From an uncultured Planctomycetota bacterium (GTDB taxonomy: Bacteria; Planctomycetota; Phycisphaerae; Tepidisphaerales; Tepidisphaeraceae), in NCBI GenBank assembly GCA_963841915.1, contig CAWJEN010000006.1, positions 587,272 to 651,271 of the forward strand: DNA of 64,000 nucleotides, given 5' to 3'. The notes below the pieces were generated by a model, which saw nothing but the letters and a program-made list of their open reading frames with translations, searched no databases and was not told the DNA's origin. Shown here piece by piece: positions 1-11,171 of this stretch. The number at the start of each line of letters is the position of its first letter. Within the stretch, counting starts at the first letter, position 1. The translations under genes and the position numbers were made by a program.

Positions 1-520
1 CCGCCGGCACCGGCAGGTTCATCGCTCCAAGCTCCGCCTCGACCCGTTGCCACCAGTCGGCATCGGGCGCGGGTGCCCGCTTCGTCGGTGACAGCGGGTA
101 GACGACGTGGAAGAACGACAGCCCCAGCAGCAACACCACCGCCGGGAGCCACCACCACGCGCCGGCGAGTGCGACGGCGATGCCGACGAGCAGGCCTGCC
201 GAGGCGATCCCGCCGAGCCACTGCATGACGTGCGTGAGGTAGCGACCGATCAGGCCGCCGGACTGTCGCTGGCCGTAGGCGAGTTCGGTTCTGGCGGCGT
301 AGTAGTCAGGCCCGGCCTGCAGCAACGCTGCCCCAATGCCGAGCAGCAGCGCGGTGAAGAAGCCGGCGAGCACCGTCGGGAGCTTTTCGAAGAGTCCGTC
401 TGCCGCCCGCGGCAGCCCGAGGCCGACGGCCACCCACAGAAGCACCAGGATCAAGCCGATGCCCGTGATGCCGCACCAGAGCCTGATCCGCTGATAAGTC
501 GTCGCATCCGGCCGCGTCAT
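1..520 (-). CDS. hypothetical polytopic membrane protein (3' end runs off the window)
   Basis: Absent from the ORF track because it is open at the window edge. My translation of the minus strand from ATG 520-518 gives MTRPDATTYQRIRLWCGITGIGLILVLLWVAVGL...GLLVGIAVALAGAWWWLPAVVLLLGLSFF. It has several hydrophobic helices and GC-rich third codon positions. Confidence 0.5.
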   Translation of the reverse strand, partial: MTRPDATTYQRIRLWCGITGIGLILVLLWVAVGLGLPRAADGLFEKLPTVLAGFFTALLLGIGAALLQAGPDYYAARTELAYGQRQSGGLIGRYLTHVMQWLGGIASAGLLVGIAVALAGAWWWLPAVVLLLGLSFFHVVYPLSPTKRAPAPDADWWQRVEAELGAMNLPVPA

Positions 521-573
521 CGGGCGAGGGTAGTGAAGGCCTGCCCATCACGTTTCAGGAAGAGCGGAGAGCC

Positions 574-773
574 GGAGGAACGCAAAGGAGCGAAGAGGCG
601 AAGAGCCGCGAAGGTCAGAGAAAGAAGAAAGGGCGGCGTGGAATATGATGACCGGCCACGCCTTATCCAGGTCCTGCGACGGGGGTTTGACCCGCGGATC
701 ACGCACTTCCGCCACAAACGGTCATCTCTTTGCCTTCGCGCACCTTCGTCTCTTCGCTTCTTCGCGTTCCTCC
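574..773. repeat. long imperfect inverted repeat (arms 574-614 and 733-773, 118-bp spacer)
   Basis: Arm 1 is GGAGGAACGCAAAGGAGCGAAGAGGCGAAGAGCCGCGAAGG. The reverse complement of arm 2 is GGAGGAACGCGAAGAAGCGAAGAGACGAAGGTGCGCGAAGG. 35 of 41 positions pair, and pairing extends to 568-779 (40 of 47). Coordinates were anchored on the ORF-track frame 107..817. Confidence 0.8.
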
Positions 774-813
774 GCCTCTGTACCCGCCTAAAATCTGGAT
801 CGTGGCTGCCGTC

Positions 814-1926
814 ATGAACAACTCGATCGCCCACCTCGTGCAGGCGATGCAGGCCATCGCCCCCGAGCGGTTGGCCGAGCCTTGGGACAACGTTGGGTTG
901 CTGATCGGCGACGAGCATCAGCCTTTGACGGGCGTGATGTTGTGCATCGATCTGACGGTGCCGGTGATTGATGAAGCCGTCGCCGCCGGGGCGTCGGCGG
1001 TGGTGGCGTACCACCCGCCGATTTTCAAGGACGTCAAGCGACTCACGCCCGGCCGGCCCGAGTCGGTCGCGTACGAAGCTATGGTCGCGGGACTGGCTGT
1101 TTATTCGCCGCACACCGCGCTCGACGTCGTACCCGGCGGCACGAACGACGTGCTGGCCGACCTGATTTACCTGACCGACCGCCGCCCGCTCAAGCCGAAG
1201 TCGGCGTCGCTGGCCGACGTCTACAAGCTCGTGACGTACGTTCCCGGCGATAGCGTCGAGACCGTCGCCGACGCACTATTTGAAGCCGGCGCGGGACATA
1301 CCGGTGGCTACGACCGGTGCAGCTTCCGTTCGACCGGCACCGGAACCTTTCGAGGCGGTGAAGGCACCAATCCGGCCGTCGGTGAGCCGGGACGCGAAGA
1401 GCGCGTCGGCGAGACGAAGCTCGAAGTCGTTGTGCCCAAGTCTGTCGCAGGCAATGTCGTGGCAGCCTTGCGGTCGGCACATCCCTACGAAGAAGTGGCT
1501 TTTGATCTGCTGCGCGTGGCCGACGATCCGGAGGACGAGATCGGTTTAGGTCGCATCGGCGAGTTCGAAGAGCCGGTGCCGCGAGACGTACTGTTCGGCC
1601 GAATCCGCCGGGAGCTGGGCGTGAGTGATCTGCTCGTCGCCGGTCCGTTGGAGGGTGAGGTGAAGCGCGTTGCTTTGTGTGCCGGCTCGTGCGGTGAATT
1701 GCTCGACGATGCGGCCAGGCTGGGGGCGGAGTTTTACCTGACGGGTGAGCTTCGGCATCACGACGCGGTGCGGGCGGCTCGCATGGGCGTAACGGCCTGC
1801 TGCGTGCTGCACTCCAACAGCGAGCGGCCGACGCTGGAGGTGCTGCGTTACAAGCTGAGTGAGGCGTTGCCTGGCGTGTCGATCGAACGGGCGGTGTCGG
1901 ATGTCGATCCGTTCAGCCTGCGTTAA
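814..1926 (+). CDS. Nif3-like dinuclear metal centre protein (GTP cyclohydrolase 1 type 2 family)
   Basis: ORF 730..1926 trimmed to the internal ATG at 814 (MNNSIAHLVQAMQ), because the upstream part lies in the repeat arm. Motifs NVGLLIGD, VVAYHPPIF, YSPHTALD and GELRHHD are present, with an inserted PII-like domain. Confidence 0.85.
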   Translation: MNNSIAHLVQAMQAIAPERLAEPWDNVGLLIGDEHQPLTGVMLCIDLTVPVIDEAVAAGASAVVAYHPPIFKDVKRLTPGRPESVAYEAMVAGLAVYSPHTALDVVPGGTNDVLADLIYLTDRRPLKPKSASLADVYKLVTYVPGDSVETVADALFEAGAGHTGGYDRCSFRSTGTGTFRGGEGTNPAVGEPGREERVGETKLEVVVPKSVAGNVVAALRSAHPYEEVAFDLLRVADDPEDEIGLGRIGEFEEPVPRDVLFGRIRRELGVSDLLVAGPLEGEVKRVALCAGSCGELLDDAARLGAEFYLTGELRHHDAVRAARMGVTACCVLHSNSERPTLEVLRYKLSEALPGVSIERAVSDVDPFSLR

Positions 1927-2011
1927 GTTCGATTTTGGTCGCGATCGGACTGTCAAACAGGCTGGAACCTGTTAGGGTTCGTACAACCACCGCCCAAACG
2001 GCGGAGTTCGT

Positions 2012-3553
2012 ATGACGACAAACATCCTTTCCCGAGAGAACGACATCAAGACACCCGACACCGCCGGCCGCAAGCCGGCCATGCGTATGGTGCGCGACGC
2101 TTCCATGTCTCAAGCTTCTATATCTACCAACACGCCTCTGCGTCGCAAGAGCGACCCGATCCCGCAGATCATCGAGACGCCGCCTTTCGCTGATGCGCCG
2201 GCCGACGGTTATCGCGGGTACATCTGCATGCTCAGCACGCACGGCTACGTGGCCTCGCAGCCGCAGCTGGGCCAGCCCGATACGGGCGGTCAGGTGGTGT
2301 ACGTGCTGGAATGTGCCAAGGCCTTGCGCATGCTCGGTTACCAGGTCGACGTCGTCACGCGTGGCTTTGCCGACCAGCCGGAAGTCGATGACATGGGCCA
2401 CGGCTTGCGCGTGCTGCGGATCCGCTTCGGCGGCGACGATTTTGTCATCAAGGAAAACTTCCACGACATCGTCGATGAAGGGGCGACCAACTTCCTGAAG
2501 AAGATCAAGGCCGACGGCATCGAGTATGACCTCGTCAGCAGCCACTACTGGGACGCGGGCGTGATCGGCCAGAAGGTTGCCGAGGCGATGGACATTCCGC
2601 ACGTCCACACGCCGCACAGCATCGGCGCCTGGAAGCAGGAGCAGATGAACGGCGACAACACGCCGCCCGAGAAGATCAAGGAATACCGCTTCGAGGAGCG
2701 GATCGCCGCCGAGCAGCGGATGTTCGAGCAGTGCGCGCACCTGATTGCGACGACGCACCAGCAGGAGGACCGCTTCATGGAGTACTACGGGGTGGCCGAC
2801 GAGAAGATTACGGTCATTCCTGCCGGTCTCGACGAGACGCGGTTCAAGCCGCTGGCCGACGAGAAGATCCCGGCGATCCGCGAGAAGTTCGGCTTCAAGG
2901 AGAAAGACATCATCGCGCTGGGTCGCATGGCCCGGAACAAGGGCTACGACCTGCTGATCGGAGCAATGCCGCGGCTGTTGGAGCTTGTGCCGGACGCGCG
3001 GCTCGTGCTGGCCGTCGGGCACAACGACTCAAAGCAGGATCAAAAGCAAATCGACGAGCTGCGTCGTTTGGCGGCGACGCTGGGCGTGACGCAATCCATC
3101 GTGTTCTACGGCTACGTGGCCGATGAAGACCTGCCCGATGTCTATCGCGCCGCGGCCGTCTACGCACTGCCGAGCCGGTATGAACCGTTCGGCATGACGG
3201 CCGTCGAGGCGATGGCCTGCGGCACCGCCAGCGTCATCACGACCCGAGGCGGCCTCAAAGAAAGCGTTGAGTTCGGCCAGCACGCCTTGTGGGCCGACCC
3301 CGAACGCGAGGGCGAGCTGGCCTACTGCCTGGCGCTGCCGCTTTTGTATCAGCCGATCCGCGACACGCTCGAAGAAGAGGGCAGCAAGTGGGCCCGCAAG
3401 AACTTCGCCTGGCGGGGCATTGCCCGGCAGCAGCTTGATGTCTTCAGCCGCGACGACGTGCTCAACCGCAAGCTGCCGACCGGTGCGCCGAGGAAGGGTG
3501 CCAGCACCCGACTTCCTGCCAGCCGCAGCGGGGCTGGCGAGTTGCTGCGGTAG
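2012..3553 (+). CDS. GT4 glycosyltransferase, sucrose-phosphate-synthase-like
   Basis: N-terminal block YICMLSTHGYVASQPQLGQPDTGGQVVYVLE and C-terminal EPFGMTAVEAMACG are typical of the SPS / mannosylfructose-phosphate synthase type of GT-B enzymes. There is no phosphatase domain. Confidence 0.7.
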   Translation: MTTNILSRENDIKTPDTAGRKPAMRMVRDASMSQASISTNTPLRRKSDPIPQIIETPPFADAPADGYRGYICMLSTHGYVASQPQLGQPDTGGQVVYVLECAKALRMLGYQVDVVTRGFADQPEVDDMGHGLRVLRIRFGGDDFVIKENFHDIVDEGATNFLKKIKADGIEYDLVSSHYWDAGVIGQKVAEAMDIPHVHTPHSIGAWKQEQMNGDNTPPEKIKEYRFEERIAAEQRMFEQCAHLIATTHQQEDRFMEYYGVADEKITVIPAGLDETRFKPLADEKIPAIREKFGFKEKDIIALGRMARNKGYDLLIGAMPRLLELVPDARLVLAVGHNDSKQDQKQIDELRRLAATLGVTQSIVFYGYVADEDLPDVYRAAAVYALPSRYEPFGMTAVEAMACGTASVITTRGGLKESVEFGQHALWADPEREGELAYCLALPLLYQPIRDTLEEEGSKWARKNFAWRGIARQQLDVFSRDDVLNRKLPTGAPRKGASTRLPASRSGAGELLR

Positions 3554-3555
3554 CG

Positions 3556-5364
3556 TTACCGCGTGATGGCGACCACCGCCAGATCGGCGTGTCGATTGGG
3601 TTCGTCCGTCACGCGCTGGCCCGTCGCAGAATCGAGATAAACCGCTTCCCGAACCGCAATGCCGAGCACTCGGCACAGGTCGAGGAAGTCGTCGATGCTC
3701 GGATATCTGCGGTTGGGCGAGTCGTACCACTCGTGGCTGAAGGGGCCCGGGGCCTTGGGGCTTCGTCCCTCGGTCGCGAGCATGTCGCGCAACGGCTGCC
3801 AGGCAAAGTTGGGAAAGCTGACAATGCCGATGCGGCCGACGCGAAGGACTTCACGCATCACGTCGGCCGTACGTTCGACGCTCTGCAACGCCTGGCTGAG
3901 CACGACGACGTCGAATTGATCGTCGGCGAAAAAGGTCAGAGGCTTGTTGAGGTCGGCGTCGATGACGTCGAGCCCGCGTTGTGCTGCGGCAAGGACATTG
4001 GCCGTCCGCACGTCGACGCCCGCGATCTTGGCATGGCCGCGATGTCGAAGCCGGTCGAGCAGTCCGCCGTCGCCGCAGCCCAGATCGAGAACACTCGCCG
4101 CCGGATCGATGAGCGACAGAATCACATCATGATCAAGCCGGCCGGCGTGGAAGATGCTCGTGCTGGCGTGTTCGAGAGATGAACCCTTCTCGGAAGTTTT
4201 AGACGCCTCTGTGTTCTCGTCGACACTGCAGATGGACTGCACGAACCGCCCATATTGGTCGGCCTCGGCCGGTAAAAGGAACGCGTCGTGCCCGCCGTCG
4301 CTGGCGATTTCGAGGTAGCTCACACGCCGACCCGCGCGGCTGAGACCTTCGACCATCTGGCGCGAGCCTTCCGGCGGAAACAGCCAGTCGCTACTGAAAC
4401 TGACGACGCCGAATCGCGTGCGGTGACTCGTTTTCTCGGCAAAGACGTTGGCCAGTTCGTCGGCACTGCCGCCGATGTCGAAGCGGTCCATGGCGCGGGT
4501 GAGGGTCAGGTAGCTGTTGGCGTCGAAGCGTTCGACGAATTTGTCGCCCTGATGGGCGAGGTAGCTGCCGACGCCGAAGTTGGCCTCGAAGGATCGGGCA
4601 AAGTCGCCGTCGAGGTCTCGCGGTTGGTCGCGTTGCGGATCAAACTTGGCGGTCATGCCGTCGCGTGACAGGTAAGTCACGTGGGCGAGCATGCGGGCCA
4701 GCGCCAGGCCGACGCGTGGCTGCTCCGGGCAATCGTGGTAGTCGCCACCGTTAAAATGCGGGTCGCGAAGAATGGCATTTCGGCCGACGACGTCGAAGGC
4801 AAGGGCTTGAGCTGTCAGGCGTGGCCCGGTGGCGACCAGGCAGCAGGCGTCGAGCATGTCGCCGTGATCGACCGCCCACTGCAGCGCCTGCTGGCCGCCC
4901 ATGGATCCGCCGACGACGCCGGCGAGGCGTCGGATGCCGAGATGTTCGACGAGTTTTCGCTGAACCGCGACGGCGTCGCGCTGCAGGATGTCGGGGAACA
5001 TCGCGCCGTAGCGCTTGCCTGTTGCCGGGTCGACGTCGCCCGGGCCGGTCGTGCCGCTGCAACCGCCGAGCGTGTTGGAGCAGAGGACAAAGAGCTTGTC
5101 CGTGTCGAGAAACTTGCCCGGCCCGATGACCAGATCCCACCAACCGGCCTGATCGTCTGGGCCATGTCTGGCCGCGTGTGAGTCGCCGGTAAGGGCGTGG
5201 CAGATCAGGACGGCATTCGTGCGGCCGTCGTCGAAATGGCGAAGGGTGCCCCAGGTCTCGTACCGCACGACAAGGCGCTCGATCGTGCCCCCGAGATCCA
5301 GCGTGAGCGCCTCGTTGCTTTCGAACGTGTGTGCGTGCTTCGGCTCTCTGCAGGCGGCAGTCAT
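3556..5364 (-). CDS. metX: fused homoserine O-acetyltransferase MetX / methionine biosynthesis protein MetW
   Basis: The N-terminal roughly 380 aa are an alpha/beta hydrolase with nucleophile elbow GGSMGGQQALQW. The C-terminal roughly 200 aa carry LDLGCGDGGLLDRL and SFPNFAWQPLRDML...WYDSPNRRY, typical of MetW. It is one uninterrupted 602-aa ORF. Confidence 0.85.
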   Translation of the reverse strand: MTAACREPKHAHTFESNEALTLDLGGTIERLVVRYETWGTLRHFDDGRTNAVLICHALTGDSHAARHGPDDQAGWWDLVIGPGKFLDTDKLFVLCSNTLGGCSGTTGPGDVDPATGKRYGAMFPDILQRDAVAVQRKLVEHLGIRRLAGVVGGSMGGQQALQWAVDHGDMLDACCLVATGPRLTAQALAFDVVGRNAILRDPHFNGGDYHDCPEQPRVGLALARMLAHVTYLSRDGMTAKFDPQRDQPRDLDGDFARSFEANFGVGSYLAHQGDKFVERFDANSYLTLTRAMDRFDIGGSADELANVFAEKTSHRTRFGVVSFSSDWLFPPEGSRQMVEGLSRAGRRVSYLEIASDGGHDAFLLPAEADQYGRFVQSICSVDENTEASKTSEKGSSLEHASTSIFHAGRLDHDVILSLIDPAASVLDLGCGDGGLLDRLRHRGHAKIAGVDVRTANVLAAAQRGLDVIDADLNKPLTFFADDQFDVVVLSQALQSVERTADVMREVLRVGRIGIVSFPNFAWQPLRDMLATEGRSPKAPGPFSHEWYDSPNRRYPSIDDFLDLCRVLGIAVREAVYLDSATGQRVTDEPNRHADLAVVAITR

Positions 5365-5429
5365 CGGGGTCGTGAGGGTAGCCGATCAACCGCGTTCCTA
5401 TGGCGTCAGCAGCAGATCATCCCGCGCGA

Positions 5430-6344
5430 CTACCCGTCAATGAACCGCCTCGTCAGGTCGCCGTACGCGTCGATCCGGCGGTCCCGCAGGAAAGGCCAGT
5501 GTGTGCGGCTGAACTCGACACGCGTCAAATCACAAGGCACCACCAACGCCCCCGGCTCGTCGACGGCCGCCTCCGAGGCGACTTGGCCGTCGGGGCTGGC
5601 GACGAACGATTGGCCCCAGAACTTGATGCCTTCTTCCCCGAACGGCTTGCCCGCAGCGTCGAGCACGTGCTCGTGACCGATACGATTGGGCGCAACAACC
5701 CAACAGCCGTTGGCAATGGCGTGTGACTTCATCATCGTCTGCCACGAGGCGTGCTGGGCAACACCGAACTCCTCGCGTTCGCTCGGGTGCCAGCCGATAG
5801 CCGTCGGGTAAAACAGAATCTCGGCCCCGCCCATGGCCGTCAGACGGGCGGCCTCGGGGAACCACTGGTCCCAACAGATCAGCACACCAATCTTGGCGAA
5901 CTTCGTGCGAAACGTCTTGAACCCAAGATCGCCGGGCGTGAAGTAGAACTTCTCGTAGTAGAGCGGGTCATCGGGAATGTGCATCTTGCGGTACAGCCCC
6001 AGCACTTCACCACCGGCGTCGATGACGACGGCCGTGTTGTGGTACAAGCCTGCCGCCCGCCGCTCGAAGAGGCTGCCGATCACGACGACATCGCGTTCCT
6101 TTGCCACCTCGATCAGCCGCCGCGTCGTCGGGCCGTCCGGCACCGGCTCGGCCAGATCGAAGAAGCGATGGTCTTCGCCCTGGCAAAAGTACTTGCTCGG
6201 AAACAGCTCCTGCGTGCAGACGATCTTGGCCCCCGCGTCGGCGGCGTCGTGGAGCAGCTTGATCTGCGCATCGACATTGGCCGCGACGTCATCGCCGCAT
6301 GACATCTGCGTCAGGCCAATCTGAACAATGCGGTCGGTTGGCAT
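5430..6344 (-). CDS. aguB: N-carbamoylputrescine amidase (carbon-nitrogen hydrolase)
   Basis: Contains QELFPSKYFCQ, YRKMHIPDDPLYYEKFYFTPGD, the catalytic Cys in ICWDQWFPEAAR, and YPTAIGW. Confidence 0.8.
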   Translation of the reverse strand: MPTDRIVQIGLTQMSCGDDVAANVDAQIKLLHDAADAGAKIVCTQELFPSKYFCQGEDHRFFDLAEPVPDGPTTRRLIEVAKERDVVVIGSLFERRAAGLYHNTAVVIDAGGEVLGLYRKMHIPDDPLYYEKFYFTPGDLGFKTFRTKFAKIGVLICWDQWFPEAARLTAMGGAEILFYPTAIGWHPSEREEFGVAQHASWQTMMKSHAIANGCWVVAPNRIGHEHVLDAAGKPFGEEGIKFWGQSFVASPDGQVASEAAVDEPGALVVPCDLTRVEFSRTHWPFLRDRRIDAYGDLTRRFIDG

Positions 6345-6376
6345 GGGCGAGGGTATGAAGCCAAAGACGCCTGACG

Positions 6377-6409
6377 AAAAACCGTCGCTCCGATGACTCG
6401 AAGCGACGG
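6377..6409 (-). terminator. rho-independent-type terminator after the PEP-CTERM gene
   Basis: On the minus strand, an 8-bp stem (6402-6409 pairs with 6382-6389) has a 12-nt loop and is followed by TTTTT (plus-strand AAAAA at 6377-6381). It lies about 32 bp downstream of the stop at 6441. Confidence 0.5.
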
Positions 6410-6440
6410 CCGGTTGTCAGAAGGTGTGCAGCCGATACGT

Positions 6441-7028
6441 TCAGCGACGACGCCGCAGCATGGCCAAGCCAACCAGTCCCAGTACCGAGGCCGAAGCCGG
6501 CTCGGGGACGTAGGTGGCAACGATGTTGTCCACCGTGAAGAAATCAACGATGGCCGGAGTGGCTACGAGATACGTGACCTCGGTGAAGGGTGTATCGCTC
6601 ACGAAGCCTTGGAAGCCGTTGACCAGATTGAAGGTGGTTCCATCGATTTCAACGAAGATGCTCGGCGCCGGATTGGCCGCGACGGTCTCCGCCCCGTAAG
6701 CAAGCAGCGGCGAGTCGAACGTCAGCGTGATGGCTGAAATGTCGCTGCCGGTGAGGAACAGGTCGAGCGCCTCGTCGTCGATGGCAAAGTCACCGCTGAA
6801 CGTGGAGGAGCCGACCGCCGTTGCCGTTGCCGGCAGCGCCGGGTTCAGATCGACAGGTCCCGCACTCACGGCCGCCGTGTAGTCGACATCGGCGAACCCG
6901 GCAAAGTCCTGGAAGAAGTCGACGGAAACGTCGGCCGGATCAAACGTCTGTGTCACAACGGCCGAAGCCGCGGCGGACAGACCAAGTACAACGGCAGTGG
7001 CCGCGAGTCCGAATTGAGTTGTCTGCAT
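6441..7028 (-). CDS. PEP-CTERM sorting-domain secreted protein
   Basis: ORF trimmed to the ATG at 7028. Signal peptide is MQTTQFGLAATAVVLGLSAAASA. The C-terminus YVPEPASASVLGLVGLAMLRRRR has the PEP motif, a TM helix and an Arg cluster. Confidence 0.8.
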   Translation of the reverse strand: MQTTQFGLAATAVVLGLSAAASAVVTQTFDPADVSVDFFQDFAGFADVDYTAAVSAGPVDLNPALPATATAVGSSTFSGDFAIDDEALDLFLTGSDISAITLTFDSPLLAYGAETVAANPAPSIFVEIDGTTFNLVNGFQGFVSDTPFTEVTYLVATPAIVDFFTVDNIVATYVPEPASASVLGLVGLAMLRRRR

Positions 7029-7089
7029 GGATTCTCTATCCCCCGCTGTGGCCGGCGGGAAGTTTCTGAGCGCGGTCGCAGGCGACATT

Positions 7090-7128
7090 ACAAAACGGAG
7101 CAGATGGTTACAAGTCCATCTGCTCCGT
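7090..7128 (-). terminator. rho-independent-type terminator after glcG-like gene
   Basis: Perfect 13-bp stem ACGGAGCAGATGG (7095-7107) / CCATCTGCTCCGT (7116-7128) with an 8-nt loop. It is followed on the minus strand by TTTTG and lies 26 bp below the stop at 7154. Confidence 0.7.
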
Positions 7129-7153
7129 CAAATGACGAACTGCGTCCTTCGTG

Positions 7154-7678
7154 CTACTTGAGCTTCTCGAGGCCGGCTTCAGCAATCATGTGGTCGTTCT
7201 CGACGGTCGATCCGCTGACGCCGATCGCGCCGACGACGGTGCCGTCGGCTGCCTTGATCGGGATGCCGCCGGGGAAGGTGATGAGGCCGTCGTTGCTGGC
7301 CTCGATCATGTAGAGCGGCTGGCCGGGCTGGCTGAGCTCGCCGATGTTGCCGGTGGGCATGTCGAAGTAGCGGGCGGTCTTGGCCTTCTTGATGGCGATG
7401 TCGATCGAACCGAGCCACGCGCCGTCCATGCGGGCAAAGGCCTTGAGGTTGCCACCGGCGTCGACGACGGCGATGTTCATCTTGAGATCGTTGTCCTCAC
7501 AGGCGGCGACCGCAGCATCGACGGCGGCCTGGGCCTGGGCCAGACTCATGTCCATCGTCTCGAGCGGGGCGACCTTGCCGGACGACTGATCGGCGTTCTG
7601 AGCGGAAGCGAAAAAGCCACCACAGGCCAGAGCGGCGGCGGCGGCGACAACAACGGTCAATCGTGCGTGTGCGTTCAT
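7154..7678 (-). CDS. GlcG/HbpS-like heme-binding family protein (DUF336), secreted
   Basis: Trimmed to the ATG at 7678 ([21 protein letters not shown] signal peptide). Contains [34 protein letters not shown] and [20 protein letters not shown]. Confidence 0.75.
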   Translation of the reverse strand: MNAHARLTVVVAAAAALACGGFFASAQNADQSSGKVAPLETMDMSLAQAQAAVDAAVAACEDNDLKMNIAVVDAGGNLKAFARMDGAWLGSIDIAIKKAKTARYFDMPTGNIGELSQPGQPLYMIEASNDGLITFPGGIPIKAADGTVVGAIGVSGSTVENDHMIAEAGLEKLK

Positions 7679-7785
7679 GACGGGACAGCATGTCACGAAC
7701 CTCACGCCGCCGCAGCGGGTGAAGTTTGTGGGCCGGATCATCAAGCCGGAGCGTCCACCGCACCGAAGTGCGGGGCAGCTCCAAA

Positions 7786-8166
7786 TCAACTCGAGCTGTT
7801 TAGCTCTCTAGCGAGCTTCATCGCGAGACGGCCGTAGTTGCTGGGCAGACGCGCCAATCGCTCTCGCCGAAGGTCGAGCGTCTCGACGCCACCTGCGGCA
7901 TCTGTCACGTAGACGAACGGCAACGCGACGGCGCGCACCTTGTACGGAACACCTGCCATGCAGCTGAGCGTCGTCCAGGTCACCGTGGCAATGGAACCAC
8001 CGTCGTACGGCCGTTCTTCAGCCGGGCCTCGGTAGGTTGTCTCGGAGACGGTGACCCAGATGCCGGGACGAATGTCTTCAGGACCGATGAGCCGGCTCAC
8101 GCCGACGGGCGCCTTCTTCTTCTGTTTTGTCTTTAACGCAGTCATGTCGAATCTCGTCACCGCCAT
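7786..8166 (-). CDS. hypothetical protein
   Basis: 126-aa ORF with GC-rich third positions and no family I recognise. A Lys-rich N-terminus (KTKQKKKAP) precedes a globular part. Confidence 0.5.
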   Translation of the reverse strand: MAVTRFDMTALKTKQKKKAPVGVSRLIGPEDIRPGIWVTVSETTYRGPAEERPYDGGSIATVTWTTLSCMAGVPYKVRAVALPFVYVTDAAGGVETLDLRRERLARLPSNYGRLAMKLARELNSSS

Positions 8167-8270
8167 GATGGCGGTTATTCAGGTTGATCAGAACGCAAAG
8201 CCGCAGGACGGCTCAACGTGGGTCAAGATGAATGCAGATGACTCCGCATGACAAGCTCCGGCGGGCCGGC

Positions 8271-8298
8271 AAGATAGCGGTCGCTGTCTTGATGTCAA
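8271..8298 (-). promoter_or_regulatory. possible sigma70-type promoter (TTGACA-16 nt-TATCTT)
   Basis: The minus strand reads TTGACA (8298-8293), a 16-nt spacer, then TATCTT (8276-8271), in a lower-GC 267-bp gap about 100 nt upstream of the start at 8166. The promoter consensus for this lineage is unknown. Confidence 0.25.
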
Positions 8299-8433
8299 GC
8301 TGATTCTTGCCAGAGTTCCTCGAGAAGCTGATGAGTGGTCTGGCCATTCGTCAGCCGGTGGTCGAACCGCCGTTGGATCTGGCAGAACGCCGCCGACCAC
8401 AATTGGCCGACGGCGATGGGGCATGACAGTCGT

Positions 8434-11046
<2,613 letters not shown>

Positions 11047-11171
11047 ACCAATTCAGAAACAACCAGCGTGCCGGGATGGAACCTTGATTCAGGCCAGCTA
11101 ACACCGATGGGTCGAATTGCGGGCTGCCAAACTGGCATAGATGTTGGAGCACAGAGCTCACCGCTTGTGGC

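Noticed and set aside
107-1113. ORFs 107..817 (+) and 517..1113 (-) spanning the first intergenic region
   Set aside because: Both run through the GA-rich/TC-rich inverted repeat and translate to R/K/E-rich or F/L/R-rich strings. The credible genes are the minus-strand membrane protein ending at ATG 520 and nif3 from ATG 814.
11047-11171. Possible heat-shock (sigma32-like TTGGCA-N13-CCCATCGG) promoter or CIRCE element upstream of clpB
   Set aside because: The match to CTTGAA-N13-14-CCCCATNT is partial. No CIRCE inverted repeat (TTAGCACTC-N9-GAGTGCTAA) is present. The evidence is too weak to annotate.
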